64,000 bases of DNA from Octopus vulgaris (GCA_951406725.2 OX597819.1:110360001-110424000), one strand, 5' to 3'. Shown: positions 11,509 through 26,575, counted from the stretch's first letter. Notes: generated by a model not told the origin, from the sequence alone. Numbers and translations are program-made.

Positions 11509-11861
11509 ATAAGAGTAAATAAAAGCTTTTATGGTTTTTAAAAAACTAACAATTATTTACTGGTAGATTTCGGCATGTAAATATATCCATTAACGGCAGG
11601 AACTTTTATAAAAGTTCAATATATATTTTTGTATATAAATAAAAGAGGCAGGCAACAGGTTGCTCAGCCACATACCGAAAAATTAGAAATAGCAGTCAAA
11701 GACTGTTTATATCCATTTTCTACAAATGACACTCCACATACGACATATCCCTGTCATTCACATATGTAAAACAGAAGGAAGAAATAACGAAAGCAAAGTC
11801 TAATGGTTATTTACGAACGCGTTTCTAGATTAGGAATATAAACTCCGTGTCTTTCATCAGC

Positions 11862-11956
<95 letters not shown>

Positions 11957-11974
11957 TGCATGTATGTGTGTTTG

Positions 11975-12009
<35 letters not shown>

Positions 12010-12014
12010 ACACA

Positions 12015-12134
12015 GTCAATTCAAATAAACGCATAAAATTAACGGACAACAAGAAGACATGCACAAAGAATGTATTAGCTTGGCGCTCGGTGAAAAGAGG
12101 GAGTTTGACGTTTCGAGCATAGCTCTTCGTCGTT
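12015..12134 (-). mobile_element. Penelope-like pLTR fragment with minimal HHR
   Basis: Minus strand: CGACGA-A-GAGC-TAT-GCTC-GAAAC-GTC; related to the 26576 copy and the CUGUNGA-core copies. Confidence 0.7.
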
Positions 12135-12291
12135 CAATATAGAAAACACGTTGTAGCATTCAAATAATTTGAACTTAAACTCCGAAGTTTTTGCCGAGGA
12201 CAAGGTCCACGGGGTAAAGAGTGGCTCTAAGAGAAATCCAGGTGACCTGATATGGAGATTAGGCTTTAATTGTGATTATCTGCATCACTGT

Positions 12292-12365
<74 letters not shown>

Positions 12366-13639
12366 CCACACAAACACATATATATGTAATATTCGTGTAA
12401 ATATACATATGTATATGTATGTACATATACATATTATTGCACACATATATTCGCATATGCATGCATATTATTGCAAAAAAAATATATGCACATATTCACA
12501 TTCACACACGTGCGTACATGTACCATCCTCAAACTCATTATCATCCTCACCGTCATTATCAAAACCACCACCACCACCACCACCATCACCACCACCACCA
12601 ACACCACCACCACCACCACCACCAATACCAACACCACCACCACTACCATCACCACTACCACCACCACCACCACTACTACCACCACCATCACCATCATCAC
12701 CACCAACCTCAAACTCATTATCATCCTCACCATCATTATCAAAACCACCACCACCAATACTAGCACCACCACATCCCTAACATCCTTCTTTCTCCTCCTT
12801 TTCATCACCGTAGTCGTCGTCGTCGTCGTCGCCGTCATTATCGTGATCATCATTTGCCATAAGTGTAATGATGACAGTTGCAAGAGCATAATTATGATTC
12901 TGATTCAGAAGATGAAGTGGAAGATATTTGGACGGGGGTGGGCAATGGACGGGTGGCGAGGAGGGTGGGAGTTCCTTGGTAGTTTGAGATTAACTCGAAA
13001 GTACCAAGAAATGACAGCACGTATAGTTTTGATAAGGTTAGGGCAATGATGATGATGATGAAGATGATGATGATGCTAATGGTGGTGGTGGTGGTGATGT
13101 TGGTGATGGCTATAATGATGATAATAATGTTGATCATAGTGGTGATCATAATCGTGATGATGATTATAATGATGCGGATGAAAAATGGCGACGGGATGAT
13201 GTCGTTGTTATTGTTGTTGTTGGTGGTGGTGTTGATGATTGTAATAAGGTTAGTAATTTTGAGGACGATGACAATAATTGTTAAGGAAATGATGATGATG
13301 CTGACGATGACGATGACGATGATGATGATGATGATGAAGATGATTTTCGGCTTGATGAATGATGACAAGTGCATTCGTAACAGGGATAAATAATAAGAAC
13401 AAAAATAACAACAGTAGCAATAACAACAACAATAAGGGATTCTTCTTTTTTTTCTGGGGTGGGGGATACGCTGATACCTTCAACCTCAGCACTTGACTGG
13501 TACTTTATTTTATCAGGTCTGGAAGGATGAAAGGTAAAGTTTACCTTGGCGGGATTTCAACTCAGAACGTAGAGTGTTGGGACAAATACAGCAAAGCATA
13601 TTTTCCGGCGCTTTAAAGTTTTGACAATCCACCATCATG

Positions 13640-14785
<1,146 letters not shown>

Positions 14786-14786
<1 letters not shown>

Positions 14787-15107
14787 TCATGTACATTGTT
14801 TTGTCTTGGTATAAAAGATGGGCTACAGAAAATATTCTGCTCAATACCACAGATCTGCTTGTCAGTTGTTTGACCTTAACCAGTTGAGCATGTCCGTTGG
14901 TGGCTGACGATATGTGCATCTCTGATCACGAGCAGAAGTAGTGGGGGAGCATCATAGCCATGTGTTGAGAAGGATTTTTTGGGGTTTGAATAATTCACCT
15001 CTGGAAACATGGGTGGTTCTTTCAACATTCTTAAACAACCCTTATTCAGGGACCTTTTGAGTGGGATGGGCTACTCAACCTGAAGAAAATTCTAACTGGG
15101 CCCCACC
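14786..15107. mobile_element. Probable interspersed repeat fragment (possible retroelement UTR)
   Basis: Complex block with sharp borders between (TAA)n and a SINE-B fragment; no ORF motif recognised. Confidence 0.35.
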
Positions 15108-15562
15108 ATGTGGTTAGTAAGCAAGCTGCTTACCACACAGCCACTTCTGCGCCAGATGTATAAATTTTTCATTTTACTTGTCACTGGTTGATGTCCACCA
15201 CTAAAAAAATAGCAGTTATCAAGGGGAGACAATCAATTATTTCTTTAACTGGTTCGTATAGAATGCGAAATTTTTGGGTAATAATATTCCTCAGGAGAAG
15301 TAATGAATAGTCATCTGTACCGAAATATCTGGTATCAACGCAATGTGTAAGTATAAATGTATGCATGCATGCATACAAGCATGTATCTATTTACATGTAT
15401 CTGTGCATGTACATATAAGTATGCATGTCATTACATGCGTGGACATGTATATTTTGATTTATGTATGTGTACACAGACATGCACACAGACGCGCACGGAC
15501 ACAGACATACACACACACACATGTTATGTCCATACATATTTATAACAGGTTAAACGTTTGCA

Positions 15563-15923
15563 TTATTACCTCTTCTTAGAGAAGACGGGGGTATTGTTTT
15601 CAGTCGTGTTTGTTTGTTTGTCTGTGGACAAGAACCGCTGGATGGGTTCGGATGAAACTTTCAGGCATGTTTGGCCTCGGGACTGGCACGAACTGATTAG
15701 ATTTTGGGACCGATTTGATACCGGACAAGGTCTCTGGATTATTTTTCCTGTTTTGTTTTATACTTATTTTTGAGAGCGGTTGGGTTCATCTTTAGTATTC
15801 TCGTTTGTGAGAGGAGTCGAGTTTATTTCATATATTCTCATTTTAAAAATCCTCTCCAGCTAATCGTTGAGAGGACATTGGTGTTGCCTTGGCGGAGGTT
15901 TGCGCTCTCTGAATGCTCTTGTT
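15563..15923 (+). mobile_element. Helentron/DINE-like non-autonomous element
   Basis: Begins TTATTACCTC, has internal (GTTT)n/GTCT, ends GGCGGAGGTTTGCGCTCTCTGAATGCTCTTGTT (subterminal IR plus hairpin, T-rich ends). Confidence 0.6.
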
Positions 15924-16280
15924 CTAAATATTTTCACTGTTCTACTAAGAGCTTTCAGCTGTAATTTGTAGCTGGTCCCTTTTTAGCTTTACGAAGCTCA
16001 ATGTCTTAAAACCTTTGCTGAAGCAATGAATTTACACAGCCTAGTGGCCCAATATTTACTTGTACGTATCCAAAGTTATAGTGCTCGTGGAATATCTACA
16101 AATTTCTCATTATTTTAGTACACTATCGGGGTCGACTTGACCCTTGGAAGTTCATCTAATATTTTGTAGTTAAAATTCATATTCAATAAACTGGTTATCC
16201 TTCTACAATACACAAAATTTTTTTTGCAAATTCCTAATGATATCCAGTAATAAAAATACAGTAGGGCTTATATATATATA

Positions 16281-16422
16281 TGAAATTAATAGAGAAACAA
16301 AAGACGAAGAAAAGTGTATGAACAACAAACAGGTGTATTAATTTGACGCTCGGGAAAATGAGAACCAAAAAGGGATTTTACGTTTCGAGCCTACGCTCTT
16401 CAACAGAAAGGAATAAGAGAAA

Positions 16423-16430
<8 letters not shown>
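16281..16430 (-). mobile_element. Penelope-like pLTR with minimal HHR (CUGUUGA core)
   Basis: Minus strand 16376-16410: TTT-CTGTTGA-A-GAGC-GTAG-GCTC-GAAAC-GTA-AAA. Confidence 0.7.
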
Positions 16431-16496
<66 letters not shown>

Positions 16497-16839
16497 GAAA
16501 AAAACCTGTAGCTTTAGCAGTCAAGCATGGCGACTGATTAGAAAATATTTTGCACTAATGAGTATATGTTGATTAGTGTGTTGAAGTGTTAAGTAAAGCA
16601 CTGGCACAGTTTGGGTTACCTGGTGTCATCCGTAGCCGGGGTATATTACCGTGGGATCTACTTCAGGAACTCCTCAGTGTTAGTTGAGATAATAATAATA
16701 ATTTCTTAAATAATAAGATGGATTTGCTATTAATCTTTATTTTGTGTTGTGGGAGTAGCAGGATGCGTCGAAACGAGCATTGTACAATAAAGATTAATAC
16801 CAAATCCATCTTCTGGTTACTTAATCAATTATAATTATC

Positions 16840-16912
<73 letters not shown>

Positions 16913-17208
16913 CACACACACACACACACAAACACACAGACAGACAGAGGCTATGGAAGTCCAGAAGGGTAAAATAAGAATCAAATGGCCCATAGACAAA
17001 AATGTTTAAGAAACACTGGTGTATCAAATTTGTGTATTTATTTCACATAATGTTGACGCTTGCAGAGCAGCTGGTTTCTTGTAGTGTGCACTCTGTCTTC
17101 GTATGTTTTCGTTCATTACATTAAGGCGGTTGTAGTTTTGGGACAAAAGAGTACGGCAAACTACAGTCATACTCATTTGTGAGCGATGGCTAAACAGCAG
17201 TATGTATG

Positions 17209-17285
<77 letters not shown>

Positions 17286-17317
17286 GTATATATATATGTA
17301 TATATATATATATATAT

Positions 17318-17513
17318 GTATCGCCCGGCGTTGCTCAGGTTTGTAAGGAAATAACTATAAAGCATTTTTATATATACAAAAAATGGAAAAAAATGATGGT
17401 AAATATTTTTTGAGATTTAAAAAGGTAGAGTTGCGTCCCTAGACAGTTTGTGGTTCGTATTCTGATATGTGTATGTGTGTGTCAAGTTTATATATATATA
17501 CTGCCGTTTATAT

Positions 17514-17515
<2 letters not shown>
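17318..17515 (-). mobile_element. Internally deleted copy of the Helitron at 37847-38219
   Basis: Shares GTATCGCCCGGCGTTGCTCAGGTTTGTAAGG, GAGTTGCGTCCC and CTGCCGTTTATATA. Confidence 0.75.
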
Positions 17516-17568
<53 letters not shown>

Positions 17569-17571
<3 letters not shown>

Positions 17572-17713
17572 AGAGTTTACGAAAAAACAAAACACGAAGA
17601 CAGGTGGTGTACAAAACAAACAGATGTATTAGTATAACGCTCAGGGATAGAAAAAGTCTTTTACGTTTCAAGCATACGCTCTTCCACAGAAAGGGACAAA
17701 AAAAGGAGAGAAA
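17569..17713 (-). mobile_element. Penelope-like pLTR with minimal HHR (CUGUGGA core) in (TA)n
   Basis: Near-identical to 52080-52257 and 55356-55525; minus strand CTGTGGA-A-GAGC-GTAT-GCTT-GAAAC-GTA. Confidence 0.75.
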
Positions 17714-18369
17714 TATATATATATATATCAGGGTTAAGTTCTGCTTAAGAAACTTCATGCCAATATGTGTTTATGTACGTATGAATGTATGTATGTATGT
17801 ATGTATGTATGTATGTATGTATGTATGTATGTATGTATGTATGTATGCATGCATGCGTATATTACGTATGTAAGTATATATGTGTATATATATGCGTGTC
17901 TGTATGTACGTACGTATGCATGCGTGTATGCATTTATGTATGTGGGTATGTATGCATGTGTGTATGTATGTAAACGTGCATGCGTATATTTATGTATGTA
18001 TCTGTGTATGTATGTGAGTATGTATGTATGTATGTATGTATGTATGTATGTATGTATGCATGCATGCGTGAATATATATACGAGTATAGATATGTGAGTA
18101 TGTGTGTGTGTATTTGTGCGCGTGCATGTGCCCGTGCGTGCGTGCTTGTGTATGTTTGTCTGTGTATGTGAATGTGTGTGTGTGCGTGTGTGTATGTATG
18201 TGTGTGTGAGTCTGTGTATGTGTGCGTGTGTATATGTAAACAATGTCAGTAGTATCTGTGATAGTGTTTGTACATGAGGTTGTAGTCGTTGTAATAAATG
18301 AAGTTTCAGCGTTCATAGTCGTAGTGGTAACAATCTGAATAGCAGTAGCAGCAGCAGCAGCAGCAGTAA

Positions 18370-18418
<49 letters not shown>

Positions 18419-18439
18419 TGAAGCAGTAGTAGTTGAAGC

Positions 18440-18494
<55 letters not shown>

Positions 18495-19046
18495 ATAGTA
18501 GTAGTAGCAGTAGTAGTTGCAGTAGTAGTTGCAGTAGTAGCAGTAGTAGTAGTAATATGTGAATGTGTATGATGATAATGATGACGACGACGACGGTGAT
18601 AGTGATGATGATGATGACGACGAAGATGAAGATGATGGTGATAGGGAAAATGATGACGATGATGACACTGTCGAATTTATCTGAATGAAGTCGCTAAGAC
18701 GGGAAAGGTCACGTAATTTCATCGTGGGAAAATGAAGAGACTGGGTCGGTCGGGCGCTGTAGGGGGGCGCTCCATCTAAAGAACTGACATTAAGGTACTC
18801 AGCATTGAAGTGACGGGAAGGGAAGAAAACAAAAGAAAAACCCCCACAAAAAAATAAAGGTGAGGAGTGTCTGCCCCCGTCTAGTCCCACCCAATATTAC
18901 ACCCACGCATATCTCTATGAACAAACCTAAACAGGAATAAGCTGTCTGTTTATATTAGAGCACATGAGTACGCATGATAATATATACGTACATACACACA
19001 CACACATATATATATATGAATATATGTATATATATACATGTATATA

Positions 19047-19108
<62 letters not shown>

Positions 19109-19160
19109 AATATATGATATATATATATATATGAATATATATATATATATATGAATATAT

Positions 19161-19215
<55 letters not shown>

Positions 19216-19373
19216 GTATGAATATATGTATATATATATATATGTATATATATATATGTATATATATATATATGTATATATATATATGAATATATATATG
19301 TATATATATATATGATATATATATATATATATTTATGAATGTATGAATACATATATATTCATATGTACATATG

Positions 19374-19586
19374 CAGGGTGGCCCAAAAGTAGGTTTACAG
19401 TTACTCAAGTATCTCTTTCGCATTTATATATTAACAGTTTAGATCTTAATTATAAAAAAAATACGAAACCATTATTCTATGCTAATTTAGTTAATTGTAA
19501 GATAGAAATTTAAATGTAATGAAATTTTTTAAAACAAATTTAAAGTGCCTACGTGATAATTGTAAGTCTACTTTAGGGCCACCCTG
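19374..19586. mobile_element. Tc1/mariner-type MITE, 213 bp
   Basis: TIRs CAGGGTGGCCCAAAAGTAGGTTTACAGTTA / TAATTGTAAGTCTACTTTAGGGCCACCCTG; TA on the right, TG on the left. Confidence 0.85.
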
Positions 19587-19659
19587 TATATATATATATG
19601 CATAAATGTATATTTATGTATGCTTTCATGTATATTTATATATCCTTTGTAATTATGGG

Positions 19660-20064
19660 ACGAGTCCACAAATTTCATGGGAGTGGAGGGTTGGGCGGGG
19701 GGGGGGGGCAAGTCGATTATATCGGACCCAGTACTTAACTGATACTTATTTTATCGAGTCCCCGAATGGATAAAAAAGTATAGTCGTTCTCGGCGAAATT
19801 TCTACTCGGACCGTAGAGAGCCGGCAGAAATACCTATTTCTTTACTACCCACAAAGGGCTAAACACAGAGAGGACAAACAAGGACAGACAAACGGATTAA
19901 GTCGATTATATCGACCCCAGAGCGTAACTGGTACTTAATTTATCGACCCCGAAAGGATGAAAGGTAAAGTCGACCTCTGCGGAATTTGAACTCAGAACGT
20001 AACGGCAGACGAAATACCGCTAGGCATTTCGCCCGGCGTGCTTACGTTTCTGCCAGCTCGCCGC
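19660..20064 (-). mobile_element. SINE family A dimer
   Basis: Head plus a young unit joined through AAAGAAATAG|GTATTTC to an older, more diverged unit with the alternative tail. Confidence 0.85.
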
Positions 20065-20311
20065 TTATTGCGCAGTTTTAGATAAAACCAACAATGTGAT
20101 ACATAAGCATTCATAATATTTTCGGGCAGATTTAAACGTGAATATGTCAATCGCTGTTGAACGTGTTAAACTTTACATATGTACATCATCGTTTAAAATG
20201 CTGGCTGGTTTTCCGTGCTCATCATAATTATTAAATATACAAACATTTTAACATTTAATTGGAAGGTCACTCAATATTTTTTACTTGTGTGTTAGGTTTG
20301 TTTTTACAGGG

Positions 20312-20401
20312 AAAAGGTTGAGAATGACACTGAAGTTTCGGTTTACTTGGCGTTATGAGACTGATGACGGCAAGTAAGCCGAAACTTCGAAGTCACCGTC
20401 A

Positions 20402-20408
<7 letters not shown>
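20312..20408 (+). ncRNA. HHR motif within a head-to-head inverted duplication
   Basis: CTGATGA-C-GGC-AAGTAA-GCC-GAA-ACTTCGAAGT-C at 20361-20394; the left arm 20312-20356 is its diverged reverse complement; the 5' strand of stem I is lost at the junction. Confidence 0.75.
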
Positions 20409-20470
<62 letters not shown>

Positions 20471-21043
20471 ATGTATGCATGAAGATTTCGGAGAATTCAC
20501 GCTACTCAGTAGCCGGAAGTTCGAATCTAACGTGCATTATAAGCACATCGAATTCCAAAAACTGGCTATTTGTCCTGCTAAGCCAGAATTAGTGTGTGCG
20601 TGCGTGTGTGTGTGTGTGTGTCTGTGTCTGTGTGAAAATATGCATTTGTGTGTGTGCGTACACGTAAATGCCTAAGTGTATACGGGTCAAATAACATAAC
20701 ACGCCTTTGAAAAGTTGAAGCTCCAACTGATGAAACCCAACAACGTCGAAACAGCGACACTCCTTGAACTTGACGCATATTTATCTCTCTATGTTGTTAT
20801 TAGCCAAGTCAAATAATCTCATGTAGAATATTCGTATGTTTGTATATATGTATGTATTACACACGTATATAACAGTGTATACATATGGGTCAATTTTATG
20901 TGTATATTTATGTCAGTGTCTGTGTATAAAAGTGTTTGATTTTTGGGCATGTGAGCGTGTCTGTAGTACTACGCATCCGTTCTAAGATACATGTATATAT
21001 GTATATGTGTGTATGTATGTATTTATGCATGTATGTATGTATG

Positions 21044-21101
<58 letters not shown>

Positions 21102-21631
21102 GTGTGTGTGTGTAAGTCTCTGTGTGTACTCTGTACATGTCTGTTGTTCGTATGTCGTGTATATTTATGAAGGAGATCAAGGAAGTCGAAAAAGATGAAG
21201 AGAGAAAGGAAGGAAGCAAAAGTGGATCGATGGGTGGGTGGGGTGGCGGATGATGACGACAATGGTGGTTGTGATGAGGATGATGATGATGATGGTGATG
21301 ATGGCAATGTTAATTATAGTAGTAGTAGCGGTCGTAGTAGTAGTAGTAGTCGCTGTAATAGTAGTAGTTGTAATCATCTTCAACCAGTCACCCTTAGCTC
21401 TACTTAACAGTGTAGTTAATGTAACGAGGTGGCGGGGGAGGCGAATGGCAGAAGTAATGGAGGAGAATTGACGGTTGCGGTGGTGTTTGCGTTGGTGGCG
21501 ATGAAGGAGGATCAGGGATGATCAATGATGATGATAATGGTAGTGGTGGTGTTGGTAGTGGTGGTATTGGTAGTGGTGGTAGTTGTAGTGGCTTTCGTTG
21601 TGTGTGGTAGCAGTAATGTATCTATTCTTAC

Positions 21632-21677
<46 letters not shown>

Positions 21678-22219
21678 GGTGGTGGTGGAGCAATGTCTGA
21701 ATGGATGATTAGAGCGGAAAGTCTAAGCAATGATTGGCCGGCATGGCGGTGGTTGGAGATGATGTGATCGTGGAATGGTTTGGAGTGGTTTGGGTGGTTT
21801 GGGTGGTTGGATTTGTTAATGGTGGTAATTGGGAGTTTGGTAAGCGGTGGGGACGGCGTAGTAATGGCGGCAGCGGCGGCGAGTCGGCGGCGGAAGTGAC
21901 AGTAATTTATTATTTTTTTTTATTTGTATGGAAACCTGTAGTATCTTCTAGAGGTCACGGTCATGATGTAGTGCTAAAGTGTAGGAGTAAACAAATAGAT
22001 AAGCAAATAAATAAATACATAAAAAAGAAAAAAAGCAAGAGAGAAAGAAAGGTTTCATGGGTCATAGGTCTTAAAGAGGTAAACCTTAAGTTTTGACTTC
22101 AAAACCTGTAAACTCAATATAGAGTACAAAATAAGATTTCTTTACACCTGAAATGATTGCACAGAAGTTCGGTTTCTAATTTCCAGCCAAACTGAAATTC
22201 AAAGTGTGAATAAATTTCG

Positions 22220-22345
<126 letters not shown>

Positions 22346-22621
22346 TACAAGTTCAGGTTTATACCTGTAATTATTGGAAGCCTGGGATATGTAACACACT
22401 GCCTAAATACCAATCTTGTGAAATTAGGCTTCTCAAAACCAGAAAGGCAAAGCCGGTTCGAAGACTACAGATCTAATCCATCACTAGAACTGTAAAAATT
22501 TGTAAAACGTTCCAGAAGTTTATCATTTAAGTATATTTGAGCATGTCTAGACAGTCAACTATATGCGTGCGAATTACGTAAACAAAACATGCAAATCAGT
22601 CTGCACATATACAAACATACA

Positions 22622-22652
<31 letters not shown>

Positions 22653-22849
22653 GTATATACGTACATACATACATACATACATACATACATACACACATAC
22701 ATACATACATACATACATACATACATACGAAAATACCCTGTTGATGTTGAAATTCCAATGAAGGAGCCTTGGATGGATCTAGGTTAGAAACCGGTTCTTT
22801 CTCTATTGGCCAGAAATTTTGAAATAAAACTGAATAATGACATATATAC

Positions 22850-23100
22850 ATACTTAGAAACCTGTGGCATTCGGAGTTCTCTTCCAACAAAGCAATAGCT
22901 CGAAATGTGTTTGTAATAGCATTTCTGATACTATCAGTTGGGATACTTAACTGGTCTGTAGAAGAAATCCACCACTTAGACGTTAAAGTCCGCAAGATCT
23001 TGACTTCAAATGGAGGCTTAAACACAGAAATAGCGCTATCGGTGGGCTCTCTCTATTAAGAGACGAATAAAGTAGATATCTGAGGTTAATGCAGGCAATC
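22850..23100 (+). mobile_element. Old Dong/R4 RT thumb relic
   Basis: LRNLWHSEFSSNKAIARNVF..GILNWSVEEIHHLDVKVRKILT matches the R4-clade W.SEL..NK..A.N / W...E...LD..TRK.L pattern. Confidence 0.7.
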
Positions 23101-23868
23101 TCCAAATGTCGTATAGTCTTTTTTAGAGAGCACCTGCTAAAAAACAGCTACAAAAATAATATATGAATCTAGTAGTGAAAAATGAATAGAACGACATCAT
23201 ATGAGTCGACAGTAAGCTTCTTAGCAAGTACGATTTTTCTGACAACCTCTCATAACCCAAAACGGCCAGACTAGTATGCATAAAAAAGAGCTGGATGTAA
23301 AACGGAGATCAGAGAGGGGTTCCAAGTAGAGCCACTACTTCGAACTGAGAGATCACAGCTCCGATATTACAGACGTGATAAGAATGTCCCAGGAAAGCAT
23401 CGTGCAAAACCAATAGGCAGGTGACCCAAGGGTAGACCGCGATCAAGACAGTTGAAAAGCATCTACGAGCTCGGTAGGTCTCGTTTGGGGATCTCGCAGG
23501 ATCAATTGGAGACAATTGCTTCTAATAAGACACAATGGAAGGCGTGCTTGAGATCTCTGCCACACGGCCCTATACAAATAGTGGGCGAAGAAGAGGAGAT
23601 GAGATATCCACATCAGCAGAGCAGCTGATTTCTATGATGATGCATACCTTTTCTTGTTAGACCCAGGCAATAATATCCAGTCTTATATTTTTGCACTTGG
23701 CAGAATTTCGATGAGAATGTTCCGTCAATATTCCTTGTGGCGGCGTTTATGCCCTTATTTGATAACAGAGGGGTTCTCTATATATCCCAGAACAATCTCT
23801 TTTATCATAATTTTCTTTTTTTCTTTGTATATTGGTTTAGCGATAAAGTTATGTCATATTAGGAAGTA

Positions 23869-24433
23869 TTGTGTTGTTCGGAAAGTTTGTGCCGATTTAT
23901 AGTAGCTTACCTTTCGACTTAGTTTAGAACATGGTTGAGTCCACAAAATAGCATTTGACGACACCTCTATTTAGAGCATAGTTTAAGCGATCTTTTTGTG
24001 GAAGAAGGTTTATGTTCCTATTACCTGTGTTAATTCTATAACCCTCTAAAATGGAAGATAAGAAAGTTCATTTTAGGCACTTGATGCTTTGGGAACCAGA
24101 CAAAAATTGCTGCAGCTCGGCTGGACTGTGTTACCTCACCCTCCATATTCACAAGATATTTCTCCTTCGGATTTCCACTTATTCAGATCTCTGCAGAATA
24201 GTCTTAATGGTAAAAATTTCAATTCCTTGGCTGACGTAAAAAGATACCCTGATGAATTCTTTGCATGAAACCACCTCAATTCTGGGTGGAGGGTATTTTC
24301 AAGTTAAAGAGAAGATGGATACACATTGTGCAACAAAATGGTTCATATTTGATTGATTAAAGATGTAATGGCAAGTATTTATTGACCGTTTTCTTTCCTT
24401 TAAAAATCGGCACGAACTTTCCGGACAACCCAA
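23869..24433 (+). mobile_element. Non-autonomous mariner deletion derivative, copy 1
   Basis: TIR TTG(T/G)GTTGT(T/C)CGGAAAGTT..TGCCGATTT, TA TSD; MEDKKVHFRHLMLWE fused directly to the HPPYS.D..PSDFHLF region. Confidence 0.9.
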
Positions 24434-24519
24434 TAGTACCTTGATAACATTTTTGTGCAGCTACTGATTACATGTGTGATATCTTCCTCAAAAATATAAT
24501 AAAATCGACACTTCAGTTG

Positions 24520-24875
24520 CATTTGAGTGCGGCCATGCTGGAGCACCGCCTTTGGTCGAGCAAATCGACCCCGGGACTTATTCTTTGTAAGCCAAGTACT
24601 TATTCTATCCGTCTCTTTTGCCGAACCGCTAAGTTACGGGGACGTAAACACACTAGCATCGGTTGTCAAGCGATGTTGGGGGGACAAACACAGACACACA
24701 AACATACACACGCACACACACACACACAAATATATATACATATATACGACAGGCTTCTTTCAGTTTCCGTCTACCAAATCCATTCACAAGGCTTTGGTCG
24801 GCCCGAGGCTATAAAAGAAGACACTTGTCCAAGGTGCCACGCAGTGGGACTGAACCCGGAACCATGTGGTTGGTA
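24520..24875 (-). mobile_element. SINE family B
   Basis: Near full-length match to the other family-B copies. Confidence 0.85.
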
Positions 24876-24951
<76 letters not shown>

Positions 24952-25211
24952 GTATATCTATCTATCTATATATTGATTTCAAATTTTGGCATAAGGCCAG
25001 CAATTTCGGGAGAGGGGTCAAGTTGATTACATCCAACCCCAGTGTTTAACTGGGACTTATTTTATCCAAAAGCGTTGAAGACAAAGTTGACCTCGGAGGA
25101 AATTGAACTCAGAGCGTAACGACGGAAGAAAGGCCGTTAACCACTTTGGCCGGTGCGATAACGATTCTGCCAGCTTGCCTTATACATACATACATACATA
25201 CACACGCACTC

Positions 25212-25287
<76 letters not shown>

Positions 25288-25403
25288 ATTCATAAATCTG
25301 AGTGTATGTGAGTGTATGTGAGTGTGTGCGCGTGTATGTATGTATACATGTATGCATGTATGTATGTGTATATACATACATACATACATACATAAATACA
25401 TAC

Positions 25404-25467
<64 letters not shown>

Positions 25468-25541
25468 TGTGAGAATACACAAAAAAACAAAAGACGAAGA
25501 CAGGTGGTGTAGACAACAAACAGATATATATATATATATAT

Positions 25542-26240
25542 CACTACACGTCGCTAAAATTGCCAAGAAGGCTGAGGGTGTGTTGGCATCACTCATCAAG
25601 TTCTTTGTGAGCCGCTCTCCGGCTATCTATCTGCGGCTTTATATTGCTATGGTACGACCTCACCTGGAATTTGCATCACCGGTCTGGAACCCCTATCTTG
25701 CCCAGGATATTAATCGTCTGAAAGCCGTTCAACGACGTGCAACCAAGAGAATACACTCCATCAGGCATCTGCCATATTCTGAACGCCTTACTTCCCTGGG
25801 CATGGACACATTGAAACTCCGACGTCTGGCAGCTGACTTGGCAGACACCCATAACATTTTTAACCATCTTACAAACAATAACTCTGAGCACCTTTTCAAA
25901 CTCCATCTGTCTAACACCAGTGGACATATTTACAAAGTCAGAAAACAGCACAGCTCTCATGACTTTCGGAAACATTTTTTCACGCTAGGAGTTGCTGAAT
26001 CATGGAACAGACTGTCGGCATCAGTTGTTTGTTGTCGGGGCACTGCATCCTTCAAACCTTCCATGCTTCCTGAGATTCGCCAACACTACACCTGATTTTG
26101 TCCCCTCCATAACACGCAAACATGTATCTGACTCATACACTGTTCGCTTCCCAGACATTTGTACATTACTGCATATACTTTATACGCACTTTTTGACAAG
26201 TTGTGGTGCACCTGGGTACTGTATACAATAATTTCATTAT
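25542..26240 (+). mobile_element. CR1-clade LINE 3' fragment
   Basis: LYIAMVRPHLEFASPVWNPY..DINRLKAVQRRATKRI..LPYSERL..L..RR..HFFT....WNRL; 3' end TACAATAATTTCATTAT. Confidence 0.92.
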
Positions 26241-26575
26241 ATACACATATATATATATAAACCTTTAGTTAAATATATTCAATGAGAATATCATATACTG
26301 AATCTATATTGAGTGCTCTATTGTATCAAAGTGTTAGTACTATTGAAGTATTTATGTATTTGATACGAGCGATTATAAATATATTTTATAATATATCATT
26401 ATTAATATATCTGGAAATCAGTATTAGAAAATTCTTCAGAAACATATATACGCGTGTAAAATAATTGTTGTATTAAAAATATAAATATATATAAATATAT
26501 GTAAATATGAAAAAGTATATGATTTCCTGACATTAATAATAATACATTGTAATATGTATATATATACATTACAAA

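Noticed and set aside
12169-12780. Proline-rich 203-aa ORF resembling extensin or formin
   Set aside because: A (CCA)n microsatellite plus (TA)n; no real start context
20725-20760. CTGATGA...GAAAC
   Set aside because: Stem II is weak and stem III and the cleavage triplet are absent, so it was not counted as an HHR
22755-22800. CCAATGA..AGCCT..AGGTT-AGAAACCGGT HHR-like layout
   Set aside because: The core has two departures including the invariant G5, and stem I is poor
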